A stretch of 64,000 bases of DNA from Actinomycetes bacterium. Lineage in GTDB: Bacteria > Actinomycetota > Acidimicrobiia > Acidimicrobiales > Bog-793. The notes below the pieces were generated by a model. That model had not been told where the DNA came from. It saw nothing but the letters and a program-made list of their open reading frames with translations, and ran no database searches. The translations under genes were made by a program, and so were the position numbers. The stretch is taken from positions 8,573-72,572 of the forward strand of contig JAJZBI010000021.1 in NCBI GenBank assembly GCA_021798985.1, in the 5' to 3' direction. Position 1 is the first letter of the stretch; each line of letters starts with the position of its first letter. Shown piece by piece: positions 8,798 to 18,582 of this stretch.

Positions 8798-10525
8798 TCA
8801 GTGGATGGCCGGCTCGGGCGTGGGCGGGCCGGCCTGGAGGAAGCTGAGGTCGCAGCCTTCGTTCGCCTGGCCGATCGAGTCGCTGTAGAGCTTTCCCCAC
8901 CCCCGCTCGTAGTGCGCGGGCGGCGGCGTCCAGGCCGCCCGTCGGCGGGCGAGCTCCTCGTCGCTCACCTCGAGCTGCAGCCGGCGAGCGGGCACGTCCA
9001 AGGTGATGCGATCCCCGCTTCTCACGAGCGCGAGCGGCCCGCCGGCGGCCGACTCGGGGGCGACGTGGAGCACGCAGGTGCCGTAGCTCGTCCCGCTCAT
9101 CCGGGCGTCTGAGATCCGCACCATGTCTCGGATCCCCTCGCGAAGGAGCTTGGCTGGGAGGGGGAGCTGGCCCCACTCGGGCATGCCCGGGCCCCCGATC
9201 GGTCCGGCCTGGCGCAGCACGAGCACCGAGTCCGGTCCGACCTCGAGGTCCTCGCTGTCGATGCGCGCCGCCATGTCGTCGTAGTCCTCGAAGACGACCG
9301 CCGGGCCAGTGTGCACCAAGAGCTCGGGAGCAGCCGCGGTCTGCTTGATCACCGCGCCCTTTGGGGCGAGGTTGCCGTGTAGCACGGCGAGACCCCCCTC
9401 TGGCCACAGCGGGTTGTCGAGGGTGCGGATCACCTCGTCGTTGTAGACCTCGGCGCCGGCGATCTGCTCACCGATGGTCGTGCCGTTGACGGTGCGCGCG
9501 TCGAGGTGCAGCAGGTGGGAGATGCGCGCCATGAGCCCGCGCAGGCCCCCGGCGTAGAAGAAGTCCTCCATCAGGTACTCACCGGAGGGCGCGAGGTTGG
9601 CGAGGGTCGGCACGCGCCGTGACAGCTCGTCGAAGCGCTCCAGGCCGAGCTCGATGCCGGCGCGCCGCGCCATGGCGATCAGGTGGATGACCGAGTTGGT
9701 CGAGCCGCCGAGGGCCGCGACGACCGTGACGGCGTTGTCGAAGGCCTCCTCGGTCAGCAAGGCCTCCGGGGTGAGGCCGAGGCGGACGACCTCGACCGCC
9801 TGGCGGCCGGCCAAGGCTGCCATCTGGGCGTGGCGAGAGTCTGCGGCGGGCAGCGAGGAGGCGCCGGGAAGCGTGAGGCCGAGTGCCTCGGTCGCCGCCG
9901 TCATCGTCGAGGCCGTGCCCATTGTCATGCAATGGCCCGCGGAGCGGGCGATGCCCTGCTCGATCTCTTCGACCTCGGCGCGTCCGATCAGCCCGGCACG
10001 ACGATCGGCCCACATCCGCCAGGCCGACGTGCCGCTCGCCAAGGTCTTGCCGTGCGCGTTGCCCCGCAGCATGGGCCCGGCGGGCAGGAACACCGAGGGG
10101 ATCCCGGCGCTCGTCGCCCCCATCACGAGGGCGGGCGTGGTTTTGTCGCAGCCGCCCATGAGCACGGCGCCGTCGACGGGATAGGAGCGCAGCAGCTCCT
10201 CGACCTCCATCGACAACAGGTTGCGATAGAGCATGCTCGAGGGCTTTTGGATCGGCTCGGACAGCGAGAGCGCCGGCATCTGCAGGGGAAACCCCCCGGC
10301 TTGCCAGACGCCGCGCTTCACCTCTTCCACGCGCTGGCGGAAATGCTGATGGCACGGATTGATGTCCGAGCCGGTATCGACGATCGCGATCACGGGTTTC
10401 CCGAGGAAATCCTCGGGGGTGTAGCCCATCTGGCGAAGACGCGACCGGTGCCCGAAGCTCCGCAGGTCATCTGGCGCCCACCAGCGCGCGCTTCGCAGGT
10501 TCCCGCTTTCGTTCTCGCCCGTCAT
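8798..10525 (-). CDS. IlvD/Edd-family sugar-acid dehydratase (L-arabinonate dehydratase-like)
   Basis: LRSARWW, SDINPC, GCDKTTP, HCMTMGTASTM, GGPGMPE, SDARMSGTSYG. Confidence 0.9.
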   Translation of the reverse strand: MTGENESGNLRSARWWAPDDLRSFGHRSRLRQMGYTPEDFLGKPVIAIVDTGSDINPCHQHFRQRVEEVKRGVWQAGGFPLQMPALSLSEPIQKPSSMLYRNLLSMEVEELLRSYPVDGAVLMGGCDKTTPALVMGATSAGIPSVFLPAGPMLRGNAHGKTLASGTSAWRMWADRRAGLIGRAEVEEIEQGIARSAGHCMTMGTASTMTAATEALGLTLPGASSLPAADSRHAQMAALAGRQAVEVVRLGLTPEALLTEEAFDNAVTVVAALGGSTNSVIHLIAMARRAGIELGLERFDELSRRVPTLANLAPSGEYLMEDFFYAGGLRGLMARISHLLHLDARTVNGTTIGEQIAGAEVYNDEVIRTLDNPLWPEGGLAVLHGNLAPKGAVIKQTAAAPELLVHTGPAVVFEDYDDMAARIDSEDLEVGPDSVLVLRQAGPIGGPGMPEWGQLPLPAKLLREGIRDMVRISDARMSGTSYGTCVLHVAPESAAGGPLALVRSGDRITLDVPARRLQLEVSDEELARRRAAWTPPPAHYERGWGKLYSDSIGQANEGCDLSFLQAGPPTPEPAIH

Positions 10526-10708
10526 GGGCTCAGCCTCGCGCGCGTGCCTTGCGGCGTCCACCGAGGTGCCAGGGCGCCCTGGAGCGGCGGTGCCGAGCGC
10601 GCGCCGGTGCCGGGGGCAGGCGTCGACGACCAATGGAGGCGAGCCGAGCCGATGGGAAGCAGAAGGTGCACGCGAAGCGCAGGCGGCTCGCACGATGGCT
10701 CGCAGACA

Positions 10709-10780
10709 TTGACGCCGTGGCGGCCGCGCGCGTAGCATACCAGCGTTCGCATACATGAATGACGTTCAGGGGGCTGATCG
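10709..10780 (+). promoter_or_regulatory. Sigma-A-type promoter followed by two tandem 18-bp operator sites
   Basis: TTGACG(10709)-N18-TAGCAT(10733); cgttcgcatacatgaatg (10744-10761) and cgttcagggggctgatcg (10763-10780). Confidence 0.7.
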
Positions 10781-10946
10781 GATCTTCCAGCGGTGCGAGC
10801 GCTCGGGCGGCGGCGTCGATCAGTGACGGCCCGCTTCGAACAATGTCGACGAGCGGGCGGGACTCCGCAGCGCGCGTCGAGGCAAATGTTCGCGCGGCGG
10901 TGATCCGCGGCCGTGGTCGCCGGTTTCGGCACGAGGAGGGGGAGCG

Positions 10947-12107
10947 GTGCAGGCAAAGATCGAGAGCGTCTCGGTGCGCGTCTTCAAGACGCTGAGCTGG
11001 ACGGTCAACGACTCAGACGGGCACACCCACCCGGGACCTGAGCGGGCGAGCGAGTCCGCCATCGTCACGGTGCGCGACAGCGACGGCGCCGAGGGCCACT
11101 ACAGCTGCAGCGCCGAGGCGCTGCGGCCCTACGTGCTCGACAGCTACGTCCGCAAGGTCTTGATCGGCGAGGACGCGTTCTTGCGCGAGCGCCACTGGAA
11201 CCGCCTGTATCGCATGCAGCGCGGCAGCGGCGGCCAGCTCACCGACCGGGCGATCGGCTACATCGACCAGGCCCTGTGGGACCTCGCGGGCCGCAAGCTC
11301 AACGTGCCGGTGTGGAAGATGCTTGGTGGCGCTCGCACCAAGGTCCCGGCCTATGGCAGCACGATGTGCGGTGACGACATCGAGGGCGGCCTCAAGACCC
11401 CCGCGGACTACGGGCGCTTTGCCGAGCAGCTGATCGCCATGGGGTACTCGGCGATCAAGCTCCACACCTGGATGCCGCCGGTGCCAGGCGCGCCGGATCC
11501 CGACATGGATGCCGCGGCGTGCGCGGCGGTGCGCGAGGCCGTCGGCCCCGACGTCCCCTTGATGCTCGACGCCAACCACTGGTACACGCGCTTCCAGGCG
11601 CTCAAGCTCGGCCGGGCGCTGCAGGACCTCAACTACTACTGGTACGAAGAGCCGATGGAGGAGGCCTCCATCAGCTCCTACCGCTGGCTCGCCGAACAGC
11701 TCGAGATCCCGGTGATCGGGCCGGAGTCGGCGCCCGGGCGGGTGCACACCCGTGCCGAGTGGATCAGCTCGGGGGCCTGCGACATCATGCGCGTGGGGGC
11801 GAACGACACCGGCGGCATTACGCCGGCGATCAAGATCATCCACCTCGCCGATGCCTACAACATGGAGGCGGAGGTGCACGGGGGCGGCTCAGGGAACCTC
11901 GCGCTGCTCGGTGCGATGGAGAACGGGCGCTGGTACGAGCGCGGCCTCTTGCACCCACACTTCGACTACGACCGCGTTCCGCCGCACCGCAATTCGATCA
12001 TCGACCCGCTCGACGCCGAGGGCAACGTCCCACTGCCTGAGCGCCCGGGCCTTGGTGACGACTTCAACTTCGACTACATCGACGCCAACATCGTGGCGCG
12101 TTGGTGA
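10947..12107 (+). CDS. Enolase-superfamily (mandelate racemase/muconate lactonizing) enzyme of unknown substrate
   Basis: DQALWDLAG, AYGSTMCGD, IKLHTWMPP (KxH instead of KxK), DANH, EEPM, GPES, EVHG. Confidence 0.88.
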   Translation: MQAKIESVSVRVFKTLSWTVNDSDGHTHPGPERASESAIVTVRDSDGAEGHYSCSAEALRPYVLDSYVRKVLIGEDAFLRERHWNRLYRMQRGSGGQLTDRAIGYIDQALWDLAGRKLNVPVWKMLGGARTKVPAYGSTMCGDDIEGGLKTPADYGRFAEQLIAMGYSAIKLHTWMPPVPGAPDPDMDAAACAAVREAVGPDVPLMLDANHWYTRFQALKLGRALQDLNYYWYEEPMEEASISSYRWLAEQLEIPVIGPESAPGRVHTRAEWISSGACDIMRVGANDTGGITPAIKIIHLADAYNMEAEVHGGGSGNLALLGAMENGRWYERGLLHPHFDYDRVPPHRNSIIDPLDAEGNVPLPERPGLGDDFNFDYIDANIVARW

Positions 12108-13093
12108 TGGCGGCAACGAACCCGGCACGCGCGGTGCGCGAACTCGCGGGCGGCCTGTCGAGCTCGCGGCTCGTGCTCGGCACGATGACCTTCGGCTCTC
12201 AGGTCGACCAGGCCGGTGCCGACGAGATGGTGGCGATGGCGCTCGAGGCAGGGGTCACCCACTTCGACACCGCCAACGTCTACAACCACGGGGCGTCCGA
12301 AGAGATCTTGGGTCGCGCGCTGAAGGGCCGGCGCGACGAGGTGGTCATCGCCACCAAGGTGCGCAACAAGATGGACGACGCGCCCGACGGCGGTGGCCTC
12401 GGTGCACCGGCGATCCGCCGGGCGATCGACGAGAGCCTGGCACGCCTTGGTACTGATCATGTCGAGCTCTACTACCTGCACCAGCCCGACCGCTCGGTGC
12501 CCATCGAAGAGACGCTCGAGGCGATGGCGGGTCTCGTCACCGCCGGCAAGATCGGCCACGTCGGCTTCTCGAACTACGCGGCATGGCAGGTGGCCGGCAT
12601 GATCGAGCGCTGTCGGCGTGAGGGCTGGGCCGAGCCACGTATCGGCCAGCAGCTCTACAACCCGATCAGCCGCGGGCTTGAAGAGGAATACGCCGAGTTC
12701 GCTGCCACCTGGGGCGTCTCGACGCTCATCTACAATCCCCTGGCGGGCGGCATGCTGACCGGCAAGCACCGTGGCAAGAGCGAGCCGCCGCCGGGACGCT
12801 TCGCGGCGAACGCCAACTATCGGGAGCGTTACTGGACGGGCGTGCAGATGGCGGCCACCGAGCGGCTCGGGGAGATCGCCGCGACGGCCGGGCTCAGCCT
12901 CATCGAGCTGACCCTGCGTTGGCTGCTCGCCCAGCCGGTGGTGGACGGCGTGATCCTCGGCGCCTCGAGTCCCGAGCAACTCCGTGCCAATTTGGCGGCG
13001 GCCGACGGCCCGGCGCTCGACGCCGCGACGGCGAGCGCCGTTGATGATGTCTGGGCTGATGTGCGGGGCACCTTCCCTCGCTACAACCGCTAG
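12107..13093 (+). CDS. Aldo/keto reductase
   Basis: LVLGTMTFG, FDTANVYNHG, ELYYLHQPD; TGATG overlap with upstream gene. Confidence 0.93.
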   Translation: MAATNPARAVRELAGGLSSSRLVLGTMTFGSQVDQAGADEMVAMALEAGVTHFDTANVYNHGASEEILGRALKGRRDEVVIATKVRNKMDDAPDGGGLGAPAIRRAIDESLARLGTDHVELYYLHQPDRSVPIEETLEAMAGLVTAGKIGHVGFSNYAAWQVAGMIERCRREGWAEPRIGQQLYNPISRGLEEEYAEFAATWGVSTLIYNPLAGGMLTGKHRGKSEPPPGRFAANANYRERYWTGVQMAATERLGEIAATAGLSLIELTLRWLLAQPVVDGVILGASSPEQLRANLAAADGPALDAATASAVDDVWADVRGTFPRYNR

Positions 13094-13156
13094 CTGACCG
13101 CTCGCGCTCGCTGGTTCCGAATCGGTGGTGACCGGTGCGGTCGGCGCGCGCCCTTA

Positions 13157-13936
13157 TTGGAGATGACCGTGGATTTTGGCTTTTCTGACAAGGTCGTCAT
13201 GGTGACCGGAGCGAGCAGCGGACTCGGTCGCGCCATCGCCGACGCCTTCGCCTCAGAGGGGGTGGGCGCGCTCGCGCTGCACTACCACTCGAGCCGAGAT
13301 GGCGTGGATGCCGCCGTCGCGCATGCGGAGCGCCTCGGGGTCACCGCCGCGGCCTTTGGTGCCGATCTGTCGGTCCCCGGTGCGGCAGAGCGCCTCGTCG
13401 GCGCCGTCGAAGCGGCCTTCGGCCGCCTCGACGTGCTCGTGAACAATGCCGGGGCGATGGTGCAGCGCAGCCTCGTGAGCGAGGCGACGAACGAGCTGTT
13501 CGACAAGATCACCGCGCTCAACTACCGCTCGGTCTTCGAGATGTGCCGGGCGGCGATCCCCCGGCTCAAGGCGGCCGGTGGGGGCGCGATCGTCAACATC
13601 TCCTCCTCGGCCGCGCGCAATGGCGGCGCCGGCGGCTCGGTGCTCTATGCGGGCGCCAAGGGGGCGCTCAGCACCTTCAGCCGGGGGCTTGCCGCTGAGC
13701 TCGCCCGCGAGCACATCCGGGTCAACGTGGTCGGGCCGGGGCTGTTCGACACGCCGTTCCACGCCGAAATGACCTCGCGCGAGCAGCTGGCGCGGATCGA
13801 GACGACGATCCCGATGGGCCGGGCGGGCCGACCCGAGGAATGTGCTGGGCCCGTGCTCTTCCTCTCGAGCGACCGCCTGGCCAGCTACATCACGGGTCAG
13901 TCCCTCGAGGTGAATGGCGGGCGGCTGATGCCCTAA
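13157..13936 (+). CDS. Short-chain dehydrogenase/reductase
   Basis: TGASSGLG, NNAG, YAGAK catalytic motif. Confidence 0.93.
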   Translation: MEMTVDFGFSDKVVMVTGASSGLGRAIADAFASEGVGALALHYHSSRDGVDAAVAHAERLGVTAAAFGADLSVPGAAERLVGAVEAAFGRLDVLVNNAGAMVQRSLVSEATNELFDKITALNYRSVFEMCRAAIPRLKAAGGGAIVNISSSAARNGGAGGSVLYAGAKGALSTFSRGLAAELAREHIRVNVVGPGLFDTPFHAEMTSREQLARIETTIPMGRAGRPEECAGPVLFLSSDRLASYITGQSLEVNGGRLMP

Positions 13937-14013
13937 CGGGCAGGGCCGGTCAGGCGCGCCCGTCGTCCGTTGCGGGTCTGTAGCAATCGGGGTGGATCGG
14001 ACGCCGCCAAGTC

Positions 14014-14081
14014 TTGACAGTCGAGTGGGCAGTTTCTTACGATGCGTTCACCTACATAGGTGGCGTTCAGATAGATGAACG
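14014..14081 (+). promoter_or_regulatory. Sigma-A-type promoter followed by two tandem 18-bp operator sites
   Basis: TTGACA(14014)-N18-TACGAT(14038); cgttcacctacataggtg (14045-14062) and palindromic CGTTCA-gataga-TGAACG (14064-14081). Confidence 0.75.
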
Positions 14082-14151
14082 TTGATCATTGGGGGGCTGG
14101 GGTGTTGATGGATCGTCGGGGATCGACGACCTTGTCGTGGGGGGCGCGCCA

Positions 14152-15120
14152 ATGGGCGTGACGCAGACCATGCTCGAGGCCGAGCAGCGCGTGCCGCTCG
14201 GCGCCGGGGTTGGTGAGCCTGCAAAGCGGCGTCGCAAGCACAAGGGCTGGGTGCCCTACGCGATGCTGTCGCCGCTCGTCATCTTGATCGCGGCGTTCGT
14301 GGCCTATCCGGTCGGGAGCGTCGTCTACTACAGCTTCCAGAACTACAACATCGTCGAGCCGTTCCTGAACGGCTTTGCGGGCTGGTCGAACTACAGCACG
14401 ATGCTGCACCACGACCCGCTGTTCTGGTCGAGCTTGCTCTTCACGGGCAAGTGGGTCGTCACCGAGGTCGTGCTGCAGTTGATCTTCGGGATGATCCTCG
14501 CGCTGATCATGAACGAGGCGTTCCGCTGGCGGGGCTTCACCCGCGCCGCGGTCTTTGCCCCCTGGGCGGTCTCGGGCGTGCTCACGACGACGATCTGGCT
14601 GTTGTTGTACGACCCACAAGCTGGCATCGTGAACTACCTCTCCAACATCGGCCTGGCGCCGAGGGGCTTCGCGATCTTGGCCGATACCCACACGGTCTTT
14701 TGGGGTGCGGTCCTCGCCGAGCTGTGGCGCGGCGTCCCCTTCTTCGCCATCATCATCCTCGCCGACCTCCAGAGCATCCCGAGGGAGCTCATCGAGGCGG
14801 CGAACTGTGACGGAGCCAACGCCTGGACGCGTTTTCGCTGGGTCGTCCTGCCCCACCTTCGCGATGCGGTCATCTTGTCGACGCTGTTGCGCTGCGTTTG
14901 GGAGTTCAACAACGTCGACCTGCTCTTCACGCTCACCAATGGTGGACCGGGCACCGAGACGACCACGCTGCCGCTCTATGTGGCCCGCCAGGCCATCGAC
15001 AACCACAACTTCGGTTATGGCGCTGCGCTGACCATGGCGGGCTTCGCAATCTTGTTCGTCTTCTCGATGATCTATCTAAAACTCTCCAAGTTCGGGGCAT
15101 CCACGGGGTATCGGTCATGA
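14152..15120 (+). CDS. Carbohydrate ABC transporter permease
   Basis: Multiple TM segments; EAA loop IPRELIEAANCDGA. Confidence 0.93.
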   Translation: MGVTQTMLEAEQRVPLGAGVGEPAKRRRKHKGWVPYAMLSPLVILIAAFVAYPVGSVVYYSFQNYNIVEPFLNGFAGWSNYSTMLHHDPLFWSSLLFTGKWVVTEVVLQLIFGMILALIMNEAFRWRGFTRAAVFAPWAVSGVLTTTIWLLLYDPQAGIVNYLSNIGLAPRGFAILADTHTVFWGAVLAELWRGVPFFAIIILADLQSIPRELIEAANCDGANAWTRFRWVVLPHLRDAVILSTLLRCVWEFNNVDLLFTLTNGGPGTETTTLPLYVARQAIDNHNFGYGAALTMAGFAILFVFSMIYLKLSKFGASTGYRS

Positions 15121-15992
15121 GCGCGATCACAGCACCAACGGTGCGCGGCATCGGTGGCGGGGGATGGGGGCAGATGCGGGCGAAGCTCAACTCCGCGCGC
15201 CTGCACCTGTTCGTCCCACTGACGCTCTATCTGCTGTTCACCTTGGTGCCCTTTTATTGGATGGTCGTCTTCGCCTTCCGGCCGACCACCTCGCACAATC
15301 CCTATCCCTGGCCGATTACCCTCGCCAACTTCAAGGTGGTCTGGAACGTCCTTGGATTCGGGACGTTCTTCGAGAACAGCGTGATCGTCGGGGTCGGCGT
15401 GCTGATCGGCCTGAACGTGATCTGCGCCATGGCGGGCTATGCGCTCGCGCGCTTCAAGTTCGCCGGGCGCGGCGCGTTGATCTTGATCTTGCTCTGCACC
15501 CAGTTCGTGCCGGGCGTGATGTTGTTGATCCCGCTCTTTGTGATCTTCCGGCACCTCGGGCTGATCGACAACCTCTTCGCGTTGATCATCGCCGACATCG
15601 TCTTCCAGCTGCCCTTGACCTCGCTGTTGATGAGCGGCTTTATCCGCAACGTTCCCGTCGAGCTCGAAGAGGCCGCCATGGTCGATGGCTGCTCTCGGGT
15701 GCGCGCGTTCTTGTCCGTCACGCTGCCGCTACTGCGCCCGGCCTTCGTGGCCATCGGGTCGTTCGCCTTCATCGGCAGCTGGAACAACTTCTTGTTCGCC
15801 CTGATGTTCATGTCGAGCCAGAACCACTTCACCTTGCCGGTCGGCCTGGATTACACGATCGGTGAGTTCAGCGTGAACTTCGGCGCACTGGCCGCCGGCG
15901 GCCTGATCGCCGCCGTGCCGGTCGTCATCATCTTCGCCTTCGTCCAGAAGTACCTGGTGCAGGGCTTGACCTTCGGCGCTGTGAAGGGCTGA
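15117..15992 (+). CDS. Carbohydrate ABC transporter permease
   Basis: GYALARF, VPVELEEAAMVDG, VQGLTFGAVKG. Confidence 0.93.
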   Translation: MSAITAPTVRGIGGGGWGQMRAKLNSARLHLFVPLTLYLLFTLVPFYWMVVFAFRPTTSHNPYPWPITLANFKVVWNVLGFGTFFENSVIVGVGVLIGLNVICAMAGYALARFKFAGRGALILILLCTQFVPGVMLLIPLFVIFRHLGLIDNLFALIIADIVFQLPLTSLLMSGFIRNVPVELEEAAMVDGCSRVRAFLSVTLPLLRPAFVAIGSFAFIGSWNNFLFALMFMSSQNHFTLPVGLDYTIGEFSVNFGALAAGGLIAAVPVVIIFAFVQKYLVQGLTFGAVKG

Positions 15993-16153
15993 TGGGGTCA
16001 TGGAGCGTCACGCGCTCACCTCGGTCGCGTTGGCCGCGGGAGCACGGACGATGGGGGGACGTGGGGCCGCCTGGCGCCACGACCGCAGGTCGCGATGAGA
16101 CGTCGCGAAGCAGTACCAGCAAGCCACAGGGAAGCCAACGAAATGGGGGTGGC

Positions 16154-17494
16154 ATGAAGAAATATCTCGGACGCCTGGCGGTGGGTCTCGCCGCAGGCTC
16201 GATGGCGGCGACCGGAATCGGCGTCGGCGCCGCATCGGCGTCGAACGCGCACCGCGCGGTCGCCCACAAGGCCAAGTCGGTAACGATCACCTTCTGGGAC
16301 GACAACGGTGGGCCGCGGACGCCCATCTACATGCACCTGATCAAGCTCTTCGAGCGTCAGAACCCGAACATCAAGGTGAAGTACGTCGGCATTCCGGACA
16401 CCTCGGTGATCGAGAAGTACGACACCGCGATCCAAGGTGGCTCGCCGCCCGACATCGCCTCGATCCCCGGCGGGGACCTGGCCGGCATCATCGCCCAGAA
16501 CGCGCTGATCCCGCTTAACAAGTACTACCAGTCGAGCAAGATCTACGGTCAGCTGCTGCCGACGCTGCTCAAGCCGACCGAGGCGATCTCGCCCGACGGC
16601 AAGACGCTGTACGCGCTGCCGTTCTCGGGCGTGCCGGCCACGCTGTGGTGCAACCTCAACATCCTTCGGCCGGCCAAGGTCACCTGCCCGACGACCTGGA
16701 ACGCGTTCTTTAGCGACGCGGTGAAGCTGACCGATGCCAACAAGGGCATCTATGGCTTCACGATGCGTGGCTCTTCGGGCGCCACGGTGCAGCTGATCGA
16801 TGAGATGATCTCCTACGCCGGTCTGAAGCGCTTCTTCCAGCCGGACGGCAAGACGAGCCTCCAGAGCCCACGCGTGCTGCAGTTCCTGCAGAAGTTCGTG
16901 GGCCTCTACAAGAAGGCGACACCGTCTGCTGACGTCGACAACGCGTACCTGCAGATGGTGGCCGAGTTCGACAGCAACAAGATCGGCATGATGCTGCACA
17001 ACCTCGGCTCGTACGCGAGCAACGTGGCAGCTGTCGGCGGCAAGCAGAACCTGGTCGGCGAGCCCGACCCGGCGGGCCCGTTCAACAAGGGCCGCGTCAC
17101 GATGGCGGCGCCGGGGCTTGACACCTACGGGATCTTCAAGGACTCCAAGCACCAGGCACAGGCCTGGAAATTTGAGCAGTTCTTGTTGAGCGCGGCGTCG
17201 AATGGCTACTGGAACAAGCTCGTCGGTCAGCTGCCCGCCAACAGCGGTGTGCTGAAGCAGGCGTGGGTGCACCAGCAGCAGCCAGTCGGCGCGCTCTTGT
17301 CGGCGCTGTCGTCCAAGCACACCTACGCGGTGTCGCTTCCCAACTACCTCCCCCAATACGGCGCGATCCAGACCAACTCGGACCCGCTGTGGCAGGAGGT
17401 CATGACAGGCCAGATGACCCCGGCGCAGTGGCTCGACCAGCTCGCCTCGGCGCTCGACCAGGCGCAGTCAGAGTGGACGCACGGCCACAAGTAG
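16154..17494 (+). CDS. Carbohydrate ABC transporter substrate-binding protein
   Basis: Sec-type signal, ITFWD, PPDI, YALPF; adjacent to permeases. Confidence 0.92.
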   Translation: MKKYLGRLAVGLAAGSMAATGIGVGAASASNAHRAVAHKAKSVTITFWDDNGGPRTPIYMHLIKLFERQNPNIKVKYVGIPDTSVIEKYDTAIQGGSPPDIASIPGGDLAGIIAQNALIPLNKYYQSSKIYGQLLPTLLKPTEAISPDGKTLYALPFSGVPATLWCNLNILRPAKVTCPTTWNAFFSDAVKLTDANKGIYGFTMRGSSGATVQLIDEMISYAGLKRFFQPDGKTSLQSPRVLQFLQKFVGLYKKATPSADVDNAYLQMVAEFDSNKIGMMLHNLGSYASNVAAVGGKQNLVGEPDPAGPFNKGRVTMAAPGLDTYGIFKDSKHQAQAWKFEQFLLSAASNGYWNKLVGQLPANSGVLKQAWVHQQQPVGALLSALSSKHTYAVSLPNYLPQYGAIQTNSDPLWQEVMTGQMTPAQWLDQLASALDQAQSEWTHGHK

Positions 17495-17541
17495 GTCCAA
17501 ACAGCAAGTGCAGTCATCGGTGAAGTAGTACGTGGCCGACC

Positions 17542-17575
17542 CCGGCCCCCCGGGCAACGACGCCCGGGGGGCCGG
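17542..17575. terminator. 14-bp perfect hairpin after the SBP gene (terminator or mRNA stabiliser)
   Basis: ccggccccccgggc-aacgac-gcccggggggccgg. Confidence 0.65.
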
Positions 17576-17652
17576 CCGGCCCAAGGGCGTGAGCACTCCA
17601 GCGGTGCCATCCGCGAGGTGGTCCTTGCTCGCGCCAGCGGTTTTCGGGGAGC

Positions 17653-18582
17653 GTGGTGACGCTGCACGAAGCGGCGCAGGCCAGCGAACCCGAGAGAGAG
17701 TTGAGGACAACAGTGGTGCCAGGGGGCGGGAGACGAAACGGCGAGGGCGGGGCGGAGCAGGCGGTCGCGGTGCGCGGAGAGCTTGGCGCTTCGCACCAGC
17801 CGGTGAAGTCTGCGGCGCGGACCTTGGAGCTCGTCGAGTACTTCGCCCGCACCGGCGGGATGCACAGCCTGCGGGATTTGCATGAGGTCTTTGGCCACCC
17901 CAAGAGCAGCCTGCACGCGCTGTTGCGCACCCTGGCCGATGCCGGATGGGTGGAGGTTGACCGGACCGGCACGCTGTATGGGCTTGGGTTGCGGGCCCTG
18001 CTCGTTGGTATGTCCTACATCGACGGCGATGACGCCGTGGTCGGCGCGGCCGGAACCTTGAACTGGCTGGCGGCCGAGAGCACCGAGACGGTGCACATGG
18101 CGCGCCTCGATGGTCGCGACGTGGTCTACCTCGCGACGCGCGACGCCTCGCACGAGCTGCGGGTGATCTCGCGGATCGGCCATCGCTTGCCTGCGCACGC
18201 CACCGGGCTCGGCAAGGCGCTGCTCGCCGAGCACAGCGATGCGGAGCTGATGGACCTTCTGCCAGAGCGCCTCGAGGCGCTCACGCCGTCCACGATCACC
18301 GATCGGGACGCGCTGTTGGAGGATCTCGCCGAGACCCGGCGGCGCGGGTATGCGGTCGACCGCCAAGAGAACACGATCGGGTTGCGCTGCATCGGCGTCG
18401 CGCTGCACACGACAGCGGGCGTTCCTCGTGACGCGGTAAGCCTCTCGGTGCCGATCGGACGGATCGAGCCGGGACGCGAGCAAGCGCTCACGGCGCTGTT
18501 GCTGCGCGCGAAGGAGAGCATCGAGCGGGAGGGCTGGCGGACGGGAACCGCGGCGCGAGCCGCGGGCGAGGATGGGAGCTGA
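17653..18582 (+). CDS. IclR-family transcriptional regulator
   Basis: VKSAARTLELVE HTH, HATGLGKALLA, RRRGYAVDRQE; start uncertain. Confidence 0.93.
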   Translation: MVTLHEAAQASEPERELRTTVVPGGGRRNGEGGAEQAVAVRGELGASHQPVKSAARTLELVEYFARTGGMHSLRDLHEVFGHPKSSLHALLRTLADAGWVEVDRTGTLYGLGLRALLVGMSYIDGDDAVVGAAGTLNWLAAESTETVHMARLDGRDVVYLATRDASHELRVISRIGHRLPAHATGLGKALLAEHSDAELMDLLPERLEALTPSTITDRDALLEDLAETRRRGYAVDRQENTIGLRCIGVALHTTAGVPRDAVSLSVPIGRIEPGREQALTALLLRAKESIEREGWRTGTAARAAGEDGS

